Source: an uncultured delta proteobacterium (lineage in GTDB: Bacteria; Myxococcota_A; Polyangia; Fen-1088). From it: a DNA stretch of 64,000 bases. Below the pieces are notes generated by a model, which made no database searches, was not told the DNA's origin, and saw only the letters and a program-made list of their open reading frames with translations. Below, piece after piece: positions 33,920 through 44,080 of the stretch. The position numbers were made by a program, and so were the translations under genes. The stretch is from assembly GCA_963796685.1 (NCBI GenBank), contig CAWCMR010000025.1:640001-704000 (forward strand). The letters are read 5' to 3'. Position 1 is the stretch's first letter, and each line of letters opens with the position of its first letter.

Positions 33920-34882
33920 ATGGAACCTTCGATGCCTTTTCGTTCAGGTTGGGTGGCGATCCTCTGCGCGCTCGCTGGCTCGGCACAGGGTGCCACCTTG
34001 CGCGTGTCGGCCGAGCCGCCTCTTTCGGGAGAGCGCTTGGGCGATGCTTTGCGCAGCTATCTCGATGGCGCGGAGGTGACAGTCGAGCCACCGCCGGGTG
34101 CCACGGATGGCGCAAGCGCCGGGTCGCTCCAGCCCACGGCGCTGCTCATCACGTTGCGAAGAAGCCCCGGGGCCGGGGAAGACGCCGAGGTGGTGCTGGT
34201 CGACGGCGAGGAGACCATTGTCGCGCGTTTGCCGGGCGCGCTTCGCACCGAGGATCTCTACCGCGCGGCCGCCTTGAAGGTGCAGGCGCTCTTGCAACGA
34301 CGGAATGCGGCCATCCCTCGTGCAACGACGATGGGCGCGCTCGACGCGCGAGCCGAGCCTCAACCGTCATCGGACAGGACGCCTCTCTTGCTCGACGCGG
34401 ATCTCGCCGTGATGGCACCCAGCAGCGGCCCGTCACGCGAAGCCCTGCGCCTCGGGGCCGGTCTTCAGCTCGGCGAACGCTGGCGCCTGGGTCTCGGCGC
34501 CTACTTGGAGCCCCGGCAGTCCTCCGATTCCCAAGGAATCCACGTGACCTCATGGGAGATGCCCGTGTCCTTGTCATTGGGTTACGCCTGGCACGCCGGT
34601 ACCTGGCAAGGTTGGCTGGAGGCGGTGGGACACGTCGCGATTCGCAGGTTTTCCGCCGATGCCGCGGAAGTCGTTTCCACCACTGACACCACCTTGGTAC
34701 CCAGGGCAGGGGCGGCGTTGGCCGCCGCGGTCTCCATCGCGCCGGGTTTGCGTGCCCTCGCGCGGGCATCGGTGCTGGCCGTGCTCTCCGACGAGCGCTA
34801 CCACGTCGACGGCCAGGTGGTGTGGCCGGTCGCGCGCGCGCTCGTGCTGGTCGAGCTGGGACTTCAATACGGAGGCCGCTAG
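33920..34882 (+). CDS. Hypothetical secreted protein, possible C-terminal beta-barrel
   Basis: Signal peptide; alternating hydrophobic strands ending VELGLQY; first gene of the ECF cluster. Confidence 0.65.
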   Translation: MEPSMPFRSGWVAILCALAGSAQGATLRVSAEPPLSGERLGDALRSYLDGAEVTVEPPPGATDGASAGSLQPTALLITLRRSPGAGEDAEVVLVDGEETIVARLPGALRTEDLYRAAALKVQALLQRRNAAIPRATTMGALDARAEPQPSSDRTPLLLDADLAVMAPSSGPSREALRLGAGLQLGERWRLGLGAYLEPRQSSDSQGIHVTSWEMPVSLSLGYAWHAGTWQGWLEAVGHVAIRRFSADAAEVVSTTDTTLVPRAGAALAAAVSIAPGLRALARASVLAVLSDERYHVDGQVVWPVARALVLVELGLQYGGR

Positions 34883-34962
34883 TGCCGCGAATTCCCGGTT
34901 TCTTGCCTGGCGACCTTACCTTTGCGGCTGACCTGTCCACATTACCGTATGTGGAGCCCCAG

Positions 34963-35559
34963 ATGGACTTTCACGCCACCGGAGGCGAGGATGATCCGAG
35001 CGCTGCCCACGTGCGCCTGGCGCAGGCCGGAGATGCAGAGGGCTACAAGCAGCTCTTTCGCCTGCACGTGCGGCGGTTGCATCGTCTGGTGGCCCGCCTG
35101 GCTGGTCCTGGTTGCGATGTGGAGGATCTGGTGCAGACCATCTTCGTCGAGGCTTTTGCAGCGCTTCCCGGCTTTCGCAGCGATTCGTCTTTCTTCACCT
35201 GGCTCGGGCGCATCGCCATCCGCATCACGCTGCGCCTCTCCAAGCAATCGCGCTATCGGCCCTTGCCAGTCGATGACGGACGGGATGCCGTCGTGGGGAT
35301 TTCGCCAGAGGGCGCCTCCGACGCGCGGCGCGCGCTGGCGCGCTTCGACGCTATTCTCGACTCGCTCTCGGACAAGCGGCGCGCGGCTTTCGTGCTGCAC
35401 GTTCTGCAAGGCCATAGCCTGGAGGAAGTGGCCGCACTGCTCGATGCCAAGGTCGGCGCCATCAAGGTTCGCGTGCATGATGCGCGCGTGGAAATCGAAC
35501 GCCAGGCGAGGCGCGATCCCTACCTTGCGCGCTACCTGCAATGGGAGATCAGACCATGA
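34963..35559 (+). CDS. ECF RNA polymerase sigma factor
   Basis: VEDLVQTIF..FFTWLGRIA (region 2); LSDKRRAAFVL..GHSLEEVA..VGAIKVRVHDAR (region 4). Confidence 0.9.
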   Translation: MDFHATGGEDDPSAAHVRLAQAGDAEGYKQLFRLHVRRLHRLVARLAGPGCDVEDLVQTIFVEAFAALPGFRSDSSFFTWLGRIAIRITLRLSKQSRYRPLPVDDGRDAVVGISPEGASDARRALARFDAILDSLSDKRRAAFVLHVLQGHSLEEVAALLDAKVGAIKVRVHDARVEIERQARRDPYLARYLQWEIRP

Positions 35560-36902
35560 ATGCGTGTAAGAAGACGCAGTCCTTGCTGTTCGAGAAAGCC
35601 GACGGCCGGCTTTCGGCGGACGTGTGCGCCGAGATGGAGTCCCACCTGGCCATCTGTCCCCACTGCAAGCAAACCTTCGCGGCGTGGACCTCTGCCCTGC
35701 CGCGTCTGCGTAGCCTGGACGCCGAGGAGATCTCCGCCGTCAGCCTGCGCCGCATGGAGAGCGAGATCTTGCGCGATCTGCACGGCAGCGTCCGGCCCCG
35801 TTCGCGCCGCAGGCTGGTTTTCGCGCTGGCTGCCGCCCTGATCCTGGCCGCAGGCGCCGGGCTGCTGGCGATCCGATCCGCGCCGCCGCAGCCGTTCGCA
35901 CGCATTCAGAGCCTGTGGGGCAAGGTCACGCTTTCGGGCGTAGCCATGAGCAAGGGCGCGACCGTGGGGCCAGGTGGGGTGCTCGAAATCACCTCGGAGG
36001 GCGAGGCCGACTTCCTCATCGGCCGGGGCGCGGAAGCGCGACTGATGGGACCTGGGCGCGTGGCCTTCGACGGCACGACCAAGGCTCCTCGGCTTCGTCT
36101 CGACAGCGGTCGCGTCTTCGTGCAAGTGGCCCATCGGCAACCGGATGAGAGTTTCCGCGTGACCACCGCGGATGGCCGGGTGGAGGTGACCGGCACGCGC
36201 TTCGTGGTGGGGTACGACGCGCAGGGATCCTACGTCCACGTGGACGAGGGCCAGGTGCTGGCCTATCGCCAGGGCGAGCCCGAGCCATGGCCAGTCGGAT
36301 CCGGCTCGACCTTCTCGCTCAAAGCCGAAAAACCGCCGGGGGGGAACCCGCTGCCCGCCGTGGAGCCGGTGCCCGACGCGCGGGCATGCGCGGGGTCGGC
36401 CTGCGCCGAGGAGGGCGCGCGCGCGCGCAAGGCCATGCGCGCGGGCAATCCCTTGCGCGCGGTCAACATCGTGGACGAGACGCTGGCCAAGCTCGAAGAC
36501 TGCTCGCCGGCGTCGCGCTGTCTCGACGAGCTTGGCTATCTGCGTGCCGAGGCCTTGCGCCAGGCCGGCCGCCTGGACGGCGCGATCGCGGCCTACAAAT
36601 CGCTCAATCGCGCCGGGGCAACGCGAGCCATGCGACAGAACGCGCTCTACGCCGCGGCCCAGTTGGAGCGCAAGCTCGGCCGGAACGAGGACGCGCGACA
36701 AAGCCTGGAACGCGCCTACACCGCCTATCCTGACGGCGCGCTTTCCGAGGAGGCCCTGGCCGGGCTCTTGGATGTGCAGCAAGCCACGGGCGCGGGCGCG
36801 CGGGCCGCCGCCGAGCGATACCTGGCTCGCTTTCCGCAGGGGATCTCGGCGGCCCGGGCTCGGCGTATCCTGTCGGGTGCGCCATCGGCTCGGCCCCGCT
36901 GA
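35556..36902 (+). CDS. Anti-sigma factor: zf-HC2 + TM + FecR + TPR
   Basis: HLAICPHC, TM helix, VEVTGTRFVV..VDEGQV FecR motif, TPR ending YPDGALSEEA..YLARFPQG. Confidence 0.85.
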   Translation: MNACKKTQSLLFEKADGRLSADVCAEMESHLAICPHCKQTFAAWTSALPRLRSLDAEEISAVSLRRMESEILRDLHGSVRPRSRRRLVFALAAALILAAGAGLLAIRSAPPQPFARIQSLWGKVTLSGVAMSKGATVGPGGVLEITSEGEADFLIGRGAEARLMGPGRVAFDGTTKAPRLRLDSGRVFVQVAHRQPDESFRVTTADGRVEVTGTRFVVGYDAQGSYVHVDEGQVLAYRQGEPEPWPVGSGSTFSLKAEKPPGGNPLPAVEPVPDARACAGSACAEEGARARKAMRAGNPLRAVNIVDETLAKLEDCSPASRCLDELGYLRAEALRQAGRLDGAIAAYKSLNRAGATRAMRQNALYAAAQLERKLGRNEDARQSLERAYTAYPDGALSEEALAGLLDVQQATGAGARAAAERYLARFPQGISAARARRILSGAPSARPR

Positions 36903-38083
36903 TGTCCTCCTGCTCGTCCTTTCGAGTCGTCGCTTCCGGCGCGCACAGCGCGACGATCTTCGCGCTGTTGGCCGGGCTCGTGGCCCCCACGGGTTGCGTT
37001 CGCGACGTGGAGCTGGCGAGCGCGCCCGTGCTCGTCCATTGCGCAGGCGACGGTGAGACCTGCGCAAGCGACGACCTGTGCTGCTCGGGCACCTGTGCGG
37101 CGGGGGCCTGTGCTCACACGCTTTGCCTCGACGAGGGCTTGGCCTGCCAGCGCCCCGAAGACTGCTGCTCGTACCTTTGTCAGCAGGACGGCAGCGGGCA
37201 GCTTTCCTGCGCCTCGGACCTGGGCTGCGCCGGCCCGGCAATGCCGTGCGGCCGGGCAGCGGCATGCTGTGGCCTCGGCTGCGCCGAGACCGGCACCTGC
37301 GGAGGAACCCTCTGTGCCGAAAGCGGCGCGGCCTGCACCGTGGCCAGCGATTGCTGTGGTGGACGCTGCGACGCCGGCAAGTGCGCGGCGCCCGGGCCAG
37401 GCTGTCATGTGGCGGGCGAAGCCTGTGCCAGCGGGGATGAGTGTTGTGGCGGCCAATGTGGATCGGTCCTCGAGGGCGTCAGCGGATGTCTTCTCTTGAC
37501 CGGTTGTCGGGTGGCCGGCGAAACCTGCGGCAACGCCACCGATTGCTGCTCGGGATTGTGCCAAGTGGGCGCCGATGGTGCGGCCAACTGCAAGGCCCTC
37601 CCTGGTTGCAAAATCATCTCAGAGCGATGCGCGACGGCCAAGGACTGCTGTTCGGGCGCGTGCGGAACGGACGGGCGCTGCCAGGGCGCCGGCGGATGTT
37701 TTCCAAAGGACGAGCGCTGCCAATCCAACGACGATTGCTGCTCGGGTGCCTGCCACACGGTCCCTGAAGGCGTTCTCCGCTGCGCGGACGTCCCGGGTTG
37801 CAAGGCCGCCGGGGTATCGTGCAAGAAATCCGCCGAGTGCTGCGATACCGCTGCCGTGTGCAATGGCGACGGGCGTTGCCAGGTGACCAGCGTCTGTCGA
37901 GCCGGAGAGCGACCGTGCTCCCTGCCCGCCGATTGTTGCTCGGGCGTGTGCACGCCCAGCCTCACGGGCAAGCTGGCCTGCCGCGACTCATGCGCCCCCG
38001 CGGGCGCCCCGTGTACGGGCGCGGCCGACTGCTGCACGGGAAGCTGCGGCGGCTTTCCGGCGCGCTGCCTGCCGGTTCCGTAG
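36902..38083 (+). CDS. Lipoprotein of 11 tandem C-C-CC-C-C modules
   Basis: Lipobox PTGC; repeats such as CRVAGETCGNATDCCSGLC. Confidence 0.8.
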   Translation: MSSCSSFRVVASGAHSATIFALLAGLVAPTGCVRDVELASAPVLVHCAGDGETCASDDLCCSGTCAAGACAHTLCLDEGLACQRPEDCCSYLCQQDGSGQLSCASDLGCAGPAMPCGRAAACCGLGCAETGTCGGTLCAESGAACTVASDCCGGRCDAGKCAAPGPGCHVAGEACASGDECCGGQCGSVLEGVSGCLLLTGCRVAGETCGNATDCCSGLCQVGADGAANCKALPGCKIISERCATAKDCCSGACGTDGRCQGAGGCFPKDERCQSNDDCCSGACHTVPEGVLRCADVPGCKAAGVSCKKSAECCDTAAVCNGDGRCQVTSVCRAGERPCSLPADCCSGVCTPSLTGKLACRDSCAPAGAPCTGAADCCTGSCGGFPARCLPVP

Positions 38084-38106
38084 CGATTCTAGGTGGCAGC
38101 CAATCT
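37141..38106 (+). repeat. Direct repeat copy A (966 bp)
   Basis: Aligns with 45841..46797 from ggcctgcca to ccaatct. Confidence 0.92.
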
Positions 38107-38514
38107 GCCGACCAGTTGACACTCGACCATCTGGCCAATGCCTCCGTGCAAGGCCTGGTCGCGACGGGGCCGCGCCGAGGCCGCCGCGTGTTGCGTCTGG
38201 GAGGTCGCGGCGAGGATGCCGAGGCCGCAATCATAGGCAAGCGATGCGCGGAGGTCGCGGGTTTCAATGTGCACGCGAACGTACGCGTGGGTGCCAACGA
38301 TCGCGACGGCCTCGAACACTTGTGTCGCTACCTTGCCAGGCCGCCCATTGCCAACGACCGCCTACAAGAACTGCCCGACGGCCGGCTTGCCTTGCGCTTC
38401 AAGCGAGTTTGGCGGAACGGCACGACGCAGATCGTATTCACGCCGCACGAGCTGATAGAGAAGCTGATCCCGTTGATTCCCCGACCTCGTTGCCATCTTG
38501 TCCGATAACACGGG
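38107..38514 (+). pseudogene. IS91/ISCR-family (Y2) transposase fragment
   Basis: GFNVHA..LEHLCRYLARPP..FKRVWRNGTT..IPRPRCHLVR*HG; no 5' part, cut at the RIT end. Confidence 0.85.
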
Positions 38515-38705
38515 TTATGCAGAGCACCGCATAAGCCATGTTATGCGGAGCGCTCGATTATGCGGAGTGCCGCGATGTGCCCGTCACGATCCCTGCGTGT
38601 CGGCGGGTAGTTGACCGCGTGGCGCGCCCTAGACGGCTCAGCATAACGGAGGTGTCCTCCTCTCAGGGCCGGGATGATCCCGACCCGTCCACCGAGGAGG
38701 AAACA

Positions 38706-39947
38706 ATGTTGGAGTACTTTCTGCGATCGGCGTACTGGCTCGCGCGAGCTCGATCGAGTCCCGTTGGGTCGTATCTCGACGGCTTCGCCACTGCTCTACG
38801 CGAGATCGGCTACTGCAAGCGGATTGGCACATGGTGCATCACCTACGCCGTGCATCTCGGCATTTGGGCCACTGCTGAGGACGTGCGAATCGGGGATTTG
38901 GACGAGGAAACTTTGAGCGCATTCTTGGCGCACCTGTCTCGATGCCGTTGCCCCGGAAACCGCGCCGGTTTTCATGCAGTCGCCCGTCCGCGCACGTGGG
39001 TCTTCGTGCAGTACTTGCGCACAGTGGGGGTCGTTGCGGTTCCGGGGCAGCAGGCGATAGCAACACCGGATCTGGTGACGGGGTTTTGCGAGTGGATGCG
39101 GCGCCAGCGTGGCGCCACAGATACGACCTTGCGCCACTACAGGCGCGTTGCCATCGCACTCCTGGAACACCTCGGTGACGACCCCGCTCGCTACGGGGCG
39201 GGCGTGCTTCGAGCGGCGGTGCGTGAGGTAGTCGGTGGACATGGCGCCGCAACGGCGAAGCAAGTTACGACCGTCGCACGCGCATTTCTGCGCTACCTCG
39301 CACTGGAGGGACGGTGCCGACCTGGTCTTGATGCGGCCGTCCTGCCAGTGGCGAGTTGGAGTTTGGATTCGCTGCCGAGGTACGTGTCCGCCGAAGTCGT
39401 GCAGCGGATCATCGACGCGTGCGATTCGAGTCGACCGGACGGTGCGCGCGACCGCGCCATCCTGCTGCTCCTCGCCCGGCTCGGACTACGGGGCGGCGAC
39501 ATCGTCCGGATGCGCCTAAGCGACATCGACTGGGCAAACGCTCGCGTGCAGGTCGCGGGCAAGGGGCGCCGCGAGGTGCGGCTGCCGCTCCCCCAGGAAG
39601 TCGGAGATGCGATCCTCGCCTACTTGCGCGCCCGGCGCGCTGTTGTCGGATGTGACCGGGTTTTTCTGAGATCCCGTGCACCGTGGCGGCCGTTGGCGGA
39701 AAGTTCCTGCGTTTCCTGCATCGTCAAGCGCGCCATCGCCCGTGCGGGCGCATCCACCCCGACCCGGGGCGCTCATCTACTGCGTCACTCTGCCGCGACG
39801 GCGATGCTACGTGAAGGCATCTCCCTTCCTTCGATCGGAATAGTGCTCCGGCACCGATCTGTCGAGACGACCTCCCACTACGCCAAGGTCGATGTGGAGC
39901 TTCTGCGTTCAGTGGCGCAGCCGTGGATCGGAGGGGCGTCATGCTGA
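38706..39947 (+). CDS. ritA: Tyrosine recombinase, RitA-type
   Basis: GLRGGD, GKGRR, HLLRHS, LRHRS, HYAKVD. Confidence 0.88.
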   Translation: MLEYFLRSAYWLARARSSPVGSYLDGFATALREIGYCKRIGTWCITYAVHLGIWATAEDVRIGDLDEETLSAFLAHLSRCRCPGNRAGFHAVARPRTWVFVQYLRTVGVVAVPGQQAIATPDLVTGFCEWMRRQRGATDTTLRHYRRVAIALLEHLGDDPARYGAGVLRAAVREVVGGHGAATAKQVTTVARAFLRYLALEGRCRPGLDAAVLPVASWSLDSLPRYVSAEVVQRIIDACDSSRPDGARDRAILLLLARLGLRGGDIVRMRLSDIDWANARVQVAGKGRREVRLPLPQEVGDAILAYLRARRAVVGCDRVFLRSRAPWRPLAESSCVSCIVKRAIARAGASTPTRGAHLLRHSAATAMLREGISLPSIGIVLRHRSVETTSHYAKVDVELLRSVAQPWIGGASC

Positions 39948-40660
39948 TGACACTCATCGATACCTGGCTGGCCACGCGGCGAGCAAGCGGTTTCGCGCTC
40001 AGAAAATACGAGCGGCACCTGCGTCGATTCGCCGAGTTCGCCGCCGCCCGCGGCGAGGACCACGTTCGCGCCGAAACCGCCCTCGCGTGGGCATCGCACG
40101 CGGCCACACCTGGCCAGCGGTGCCGGCTCTTCCAGCGGGTCGTTCAACTCGCCCGCTATCTCCACGCCGAAGACCCCCGCCACGAGATTCCCCCGGATCG
40201 CCACTTCTCGGGAAAGCGGCATCGGCCGGTTCCGTACATCTACACCCCGGACGAAACGCGCCGGCTCGTCGAGGTCGCAGCGCGGCTCGGACCAGCAAAG
40301 TCGCTCCGGCCGCTCACCGTGAGCACGATGCTGGCGCTGCTCTTTGCGACAGGGCTACGCATCTCAGAAGCACTCGCCTTGCGCATGGCTGACGTGACAT
40401 CGGACGGCCTGGTCATCCGCAAGACCAAGTTCGGCAAGACGCGTCTGGTCCCGCTCCATCCCTCGGCGCAGAGCGGGATCAAGCAGTATCTGGACCGCCG
40501 ACGTGCAGTGGCCGGCAGCGACGACCACGTGTTCGTGAGCATCAAAGGCACGCGTCTTTCCTACGGCGGCTTTCGCAAGGCATGGCTCACGGTGCTCCGG
40601 AAAGCTGGCCTGCCGGCGCGGTCGGGAGGACGCAAACCGCGCGTGCACGACATCCGGCAT
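39941..40660 (+). pseudogene. ritB: RitB-type tyrosine recombinase truncated at HDIRH
   Basis: PYIY, TGLRISEAL, TKFGKTRLVP, PRVHDIRH, then reads into the inverted repeat; catalytic Tyr missing. Confidence 0.85.
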
Positions 40661-40687
40661 TATGCCGAGTCCCCGGTTATGCCGAGT
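40655..40687 (+). repeat. Left 33-bp inverted repeat of inner RIT
   Basis: cggcattatgccgagtccccggttatgccgagt is the exact reverse complement of 44026..44058. Confidence 0.95.
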
Positions 40688-40800
40688 GAGCCTCTCGATC
40701 TGGCGCGATCAACGGCGATTTCCTCGGCAGGTGGGCTTGCGGACTCGGCATAACCAGGGCGTCGTCGTCTCCTTCTGGCCACCGGGCCGAAGGAGGACAC

Positions 40801-42033
40801 ATGCCCCGGATGCACGACGATTTTCTGAAATGGCAACGACTGCGCGCTGGCCCCTTGGGTCCGCACCTCGACACGTTTGCAAAAACGCTCACTGAGAGGG
40901 GATATCCGCCTGCGACCGTGGCGTGCAAGGTGCGCCTGGCAGCGAAGTTCGGAGACTGGCTTGGACGGCGAGGACTGACTGTCGAGGAGGTCGACGAGCA
41001 GGCCGTAGCCCGCTTTGTCCGGCGCCATCCCTGCGTACCCCGGCGTGGAGACGCAGCGACATTGCGTGATGTCCTTGAACGGGTCCGTTCCGCCGGTCTT
41101 GCGCCGCCAGCGCCCGTCAAGGTCGATGACACTGCGATCGGGCGGATCGTGAGTGAGTTCGGCCGGTATCTGTTGGTGGACCGCGGCTTGTCCGTCTTGA
41201 CTCAGATCAACTACCTGCCCATTGTCCGCTCGTTCCTCCTGGAGCGGTTCGACGGCAGGAGGGTGCACCTCAATGCGCTCGGGCCCCAGGATGCGGGTGA
41301 ATTTCTGGTCCGGCATGTTCACGTGGTCCATCCAAAGAGAGCCGCTCTGATGGTTACCGCCCTACGCGGTTTTCTGCGGTGGGTGCACGTGAAAAGAGCC
41401 CTGGCTGCAGACCTCGCGGCCACGGTTCCCGCGGTCGCCTGCTGGCGTTTCTCAACGGTGCCGAAATCGATCCCCGCGCGCGACGTCGAGCATCTGTTGC
41501 GCCGCTGTCGACGAAGAAACTCCGAAGCCGGCCTGCGCGACCACGCGGTCATTATGCTGATGGCACGACTCGGCCTCCGCGGTGGAGAAGTCGTGAGCCT
41601 GGATCTGGCAGACTTCGACTGGGCCGCAGGCACGTTGCGGGTCCACGGCAAGGGTGGGCGGCAAGACGTCCTCCCGTTGCCGTCCGATGTCGGCAAGGCC
41701 GTCGCCCGGTACTTGCGCCATGGCCGCCCAGCATGCTCGTGCCGGAGAGTCTTCGTCCGCGCGAGAGCGCCGCGGCGTGGCTTCGCAACCACGGGCGCGG
41801 TCTGTACGATCGTGAAGCGAGCGCTGGAACGCGCCGAACTGGACCCACCACGCAAAGGCGGGCACATCCTCCGCCATGCGCTCGCCTGCTCGATGCTGCG
41901 CCGAGGAGCGACCCTTACCGAGATCGGGCAGGTCCTGCGACACCGTCGAGCCGATACGACGACGATTTACGCGAAGGTAGACTTCCATGCGCTACGTGCG
42001 CTCGCTCCTGCATGGCCAGGAGGCAGGCGATGA
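40801..42033 (+). CDS. ritA: Tyrosine recombinase, RitA-type
   Basis: GLRGGE, GKGG, HILRHA, LRHR, IYAKVD; AGGAGG RBS. Confidence 0.9.
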   Translation: MPRMHDDFLKWQRLRAGPLGPHLDTFAKTLTERGYPPATVACKVRLAAKFGDWLGRRGLTVEEVDEQAVARFVRRHPCVPRRGDAATLRDVLERVRSAGLAPPAPVKVDDTAIGRIVSEFGRYLLVDRGLSVLTQINYLPIVRSFLLERFDGRRVHLNALGPQDAGEFLVRHVHVVHPKRAALMVTALRGFLRWVHVKRALAADLAATVPAVACWRFSTVPKSIPARDVEHLLRRCRRRNSEAGLRDHAVIMLMARLGLRGGEVVSLDLADFDWAAGTLRVHGKGGRQDVLPLPSDVGKAVARYLRHGRPACSCRRVFVRARAPRRGFATTGAVCTIVKRALERAELDPPRKGGHILRHALACSMLRRGATLTEIGQVLRHRRADTTTIYAKVDFHALRALAPAWPGGRR

Positions 42034-42965
42034 ATACGCTCCGCGAGGGCGCCGAGGAGTACCTGTCGCTGCGACGCCGTCTGGGCTACAAGCTCGACCG
42101 CTCGGGGCGGTTACTGCTGCAATTTGTGTCCTTCATGGAGCAGCGGAAGGCTCCGTTCATTACCAACGATCTGGTCGTCGAATGGGCCGTGCGGCCGACC
42201 AAGACCCAGCCCGTGTATTGGGCCAGCCGGCTATCGGCGGTCCGGCTCTTTGCACAGTATTGGCGCGCCACCGATTCTCGCACCGAGGTCCCTGCCCTCG
42301 GGCTCCTCCGGGCTCGGTATCAACGCAAGCGCCCCTACATATACAGCGAGGACGAGATCATGCGGCTGATGGATGCGGCGGCACGGCTCCCATCGCAGAC
42401 GGGGCTTCGTGCTCAGACCTACGTCACGCTGCTTGGCCTGCTCACCGTGGCCGGTCTGAGGATCAGCGAGGCGATCGCTCTCGACCGCGAGGATGTTGAC
42501 CTCGAAGGCGGGATCCTGACAATCCGCCGGACCAAATTCGGGAAGACCCGGCTGGTGCCCATTCATCGATCGACGAAACTGGCACTTTGCCGGTACGCAC
42601 GCTTCCGTGATCGCGTTCATCCAACACCACGGACGAGAAGCTTCTTCGTCGGCGAGACAGGTGCCCGGGTGGTGAAGAACACTGCAGAAGACACCTTCGT
42701 CCATCTGTCTCGCCGGATTGGGCTTCGTGGTCCTGAAGGTCGTCACGGTCATGGGCCGCGTCTGCATGACCTTCGGCATCGGTGGGCCGTGGACACCATG
42801 CTGCGCTGGTACCGGGCAGGAGTCGATGTGGAGCGGCACCTGCCGCAGCCGTCGACCTACCTCGGGCACACCCACGTCAGTGATACCTACTGGTACCTGA
42901 CCGCAGTGCCCGAGTTGATGAGCCTCGCCATGTCGCTCCTGGAGCGAGATAGGACGTCGCCGTGA
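42030..42965 (+). CDS. ritB: Tyrosine recombinase, RitB-type
   Basis: PYIYS, GLRISEA, TKFGKTRLVP, HDLRH, STYLGH, TYWYL; 4-nt overlap with ritA. Confidence 0.9.
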   Translation: MNTLREGAEEYLSLRRRLGYKLDRSGRLLLQFVSFMEQRKAPFITNDLVVEWAVRPTKTQPVYWASRLSAVRLFAQYWRATDSRTEVPALGLLRARYQRKRPYIYSEDEIMRLMDAAARLPSQTGLRAQTYVTLLGLLTVAGLRISEAIALDREDVDLEGGILTIRRTKFGKTRLVPIHRSTKLALCRYARFRDRVHPTPRTRSFFVGETGARVVKNTAEDTFVHLSRRIGLRGPEGRHGHGPRLHDLRHRWAVDTMLRWYRAGVDVERHLPQPSTYLGHTHVSDTYWYLTAVPELMSLAMSLLERDRTSP

Positions 42966-43960
42966 AGCCCTCCCACGGATTCCCTGCGCTGCTTGAGTCC
43001 TTCTTCGTGGACCATCTCCTGCGCCAGCGTCAAGCAAGTCCACATACAGTGCAGAGCTATCGCGATACCTTCCGCCTACTGCTGGCCTTCACGAAGCAGC
43101 ACCTGAAGAAGACTCCCTCGGCGCTCGCACTGGACGACCTCGACACACCAACGATTGGCGCGTTCCTGGATCACATCGAGAAGGACCGCGGCAACTCTCC
43201 GCGCACCCGCAACGCCAGGCTCGCGGCGATCCACTCCTTCTTCCAGTACGCCGCCCTCCAGGCGCCCGACTACAGCGCCGTCATCCAGAGGGTTCTGGCC
43301 ATGCAGGGCAAGAAATACGATCGCGAGCTCGTCCACTTCCTGTCCCGGCCCGAGATCGACGCACTCCTCGAAGCTCCCGACAAGGCCACATGGTCCGGCC
43401 GGCGCGATCGCGCCATGCTCCTTGTGGCCGTTCAGACCGGGCTGCGCGTATCCGAGCTGGCCGCGCTCAACGTGCAGGACGTGGTCCTCGGACCCGGCGC
43501 GTACGTTCACTGCCTCGGCAAGGGCCGCAAGGAACGTTGCACGCCCCTGCGCAAAGAGGCCGTCTCGGTCCTCCGGGCGTGGCTGCGCGAACGTGCCGCC
43601 ACCGGGACCGAGCCCCTCTTCCCCAACGCGCGGGGCGGTTTCCTCAGTCGCGACGGCGTCGAGTACCTGCTCGCGAAACACGTGCAGGTCGCTCGGATCC
43701 GCTGCCCCTCGCTGAGGGAGAAGCATGTGTCTCCGCACGTGCTGCGCCACTCGACGGCAATGGATCTCCTTCAAGCCGGTGTCGACAGCTCGGTGATCGC
43801 GCTCTGGCTTGGTCACGAGTCGGTCGAGACCACGCAGATCTACTTCGCTGCCAGTCTCCAGCTCAAAGAGCGAGCGCTGGCCAAGACAGCACCCTCGGCA
43901 GCGCGACCTGCTCGCTTCCACCCCGACGACAAGCTCCTCGCCTTCCTACAGAGCCTTTGA
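42962..43960 (+). CDS. ritC: Tyrosine recombinase, RitC-type
   Basis: SPHTVQSYRDTF, TRNARLAAIHSF, GKGRKER, PHVLRHS, WLGHES..TTQIY. Confidence 0.9.
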   Translation: MKPSHGFPALLESFFVDHLLRQRQASPHTVQSYRDTFRLLLAFTKQHLKKTPSALALDDLDTPTIGAFLDHIEKDRGNSPRTRNARLAAIHSFFQYAALQAPDYSAVIQRVLAMQGKKYDRELVHFLSRPEIDALLEAPDKATWSGRRDRAMLLVAVQTGLRVSELAALNVQDVVLGPGAYVHCLGKGRKERCTPLRKEAVSVLRAWLRERAATGTEPLFPNARGGFLSRDGVEYLLAKHVQVARIRCPSLREKHVSPHVLRHSTAMDLLQAGVDSSVIALWLGHESVETTQIYFAASLQLKERALAKTAPSAARPARFHPDDKLLAFLQSL

Positions 43961-44025
43961 TTATGCCGAGTCGCGCACGTAAGCGAACCCGAAGTCCCCG
44001 TGATTCCTGCATGCAATGGCGGGCA

Positions 44026-44058
44026 ACTCGGCATAACCGGGGACTCGGCATAATGCCG
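44026..44058 (-). repeat. Right 33-bp inverted repeat of inner RIT
   Basis: actcggcataaccggggactcggcataatgccg. Confidence 0.95.
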
Positions 44059-44080
44059 CTTATGCCGAGCACGGCATAAG

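Noticed and set aside
40661-40753. C-terminal extension of outer RitB as a functional protein end
   Set aside because: It is read-through into the inner RIT inverted repeat; the catalytic His/Tyr region is absent
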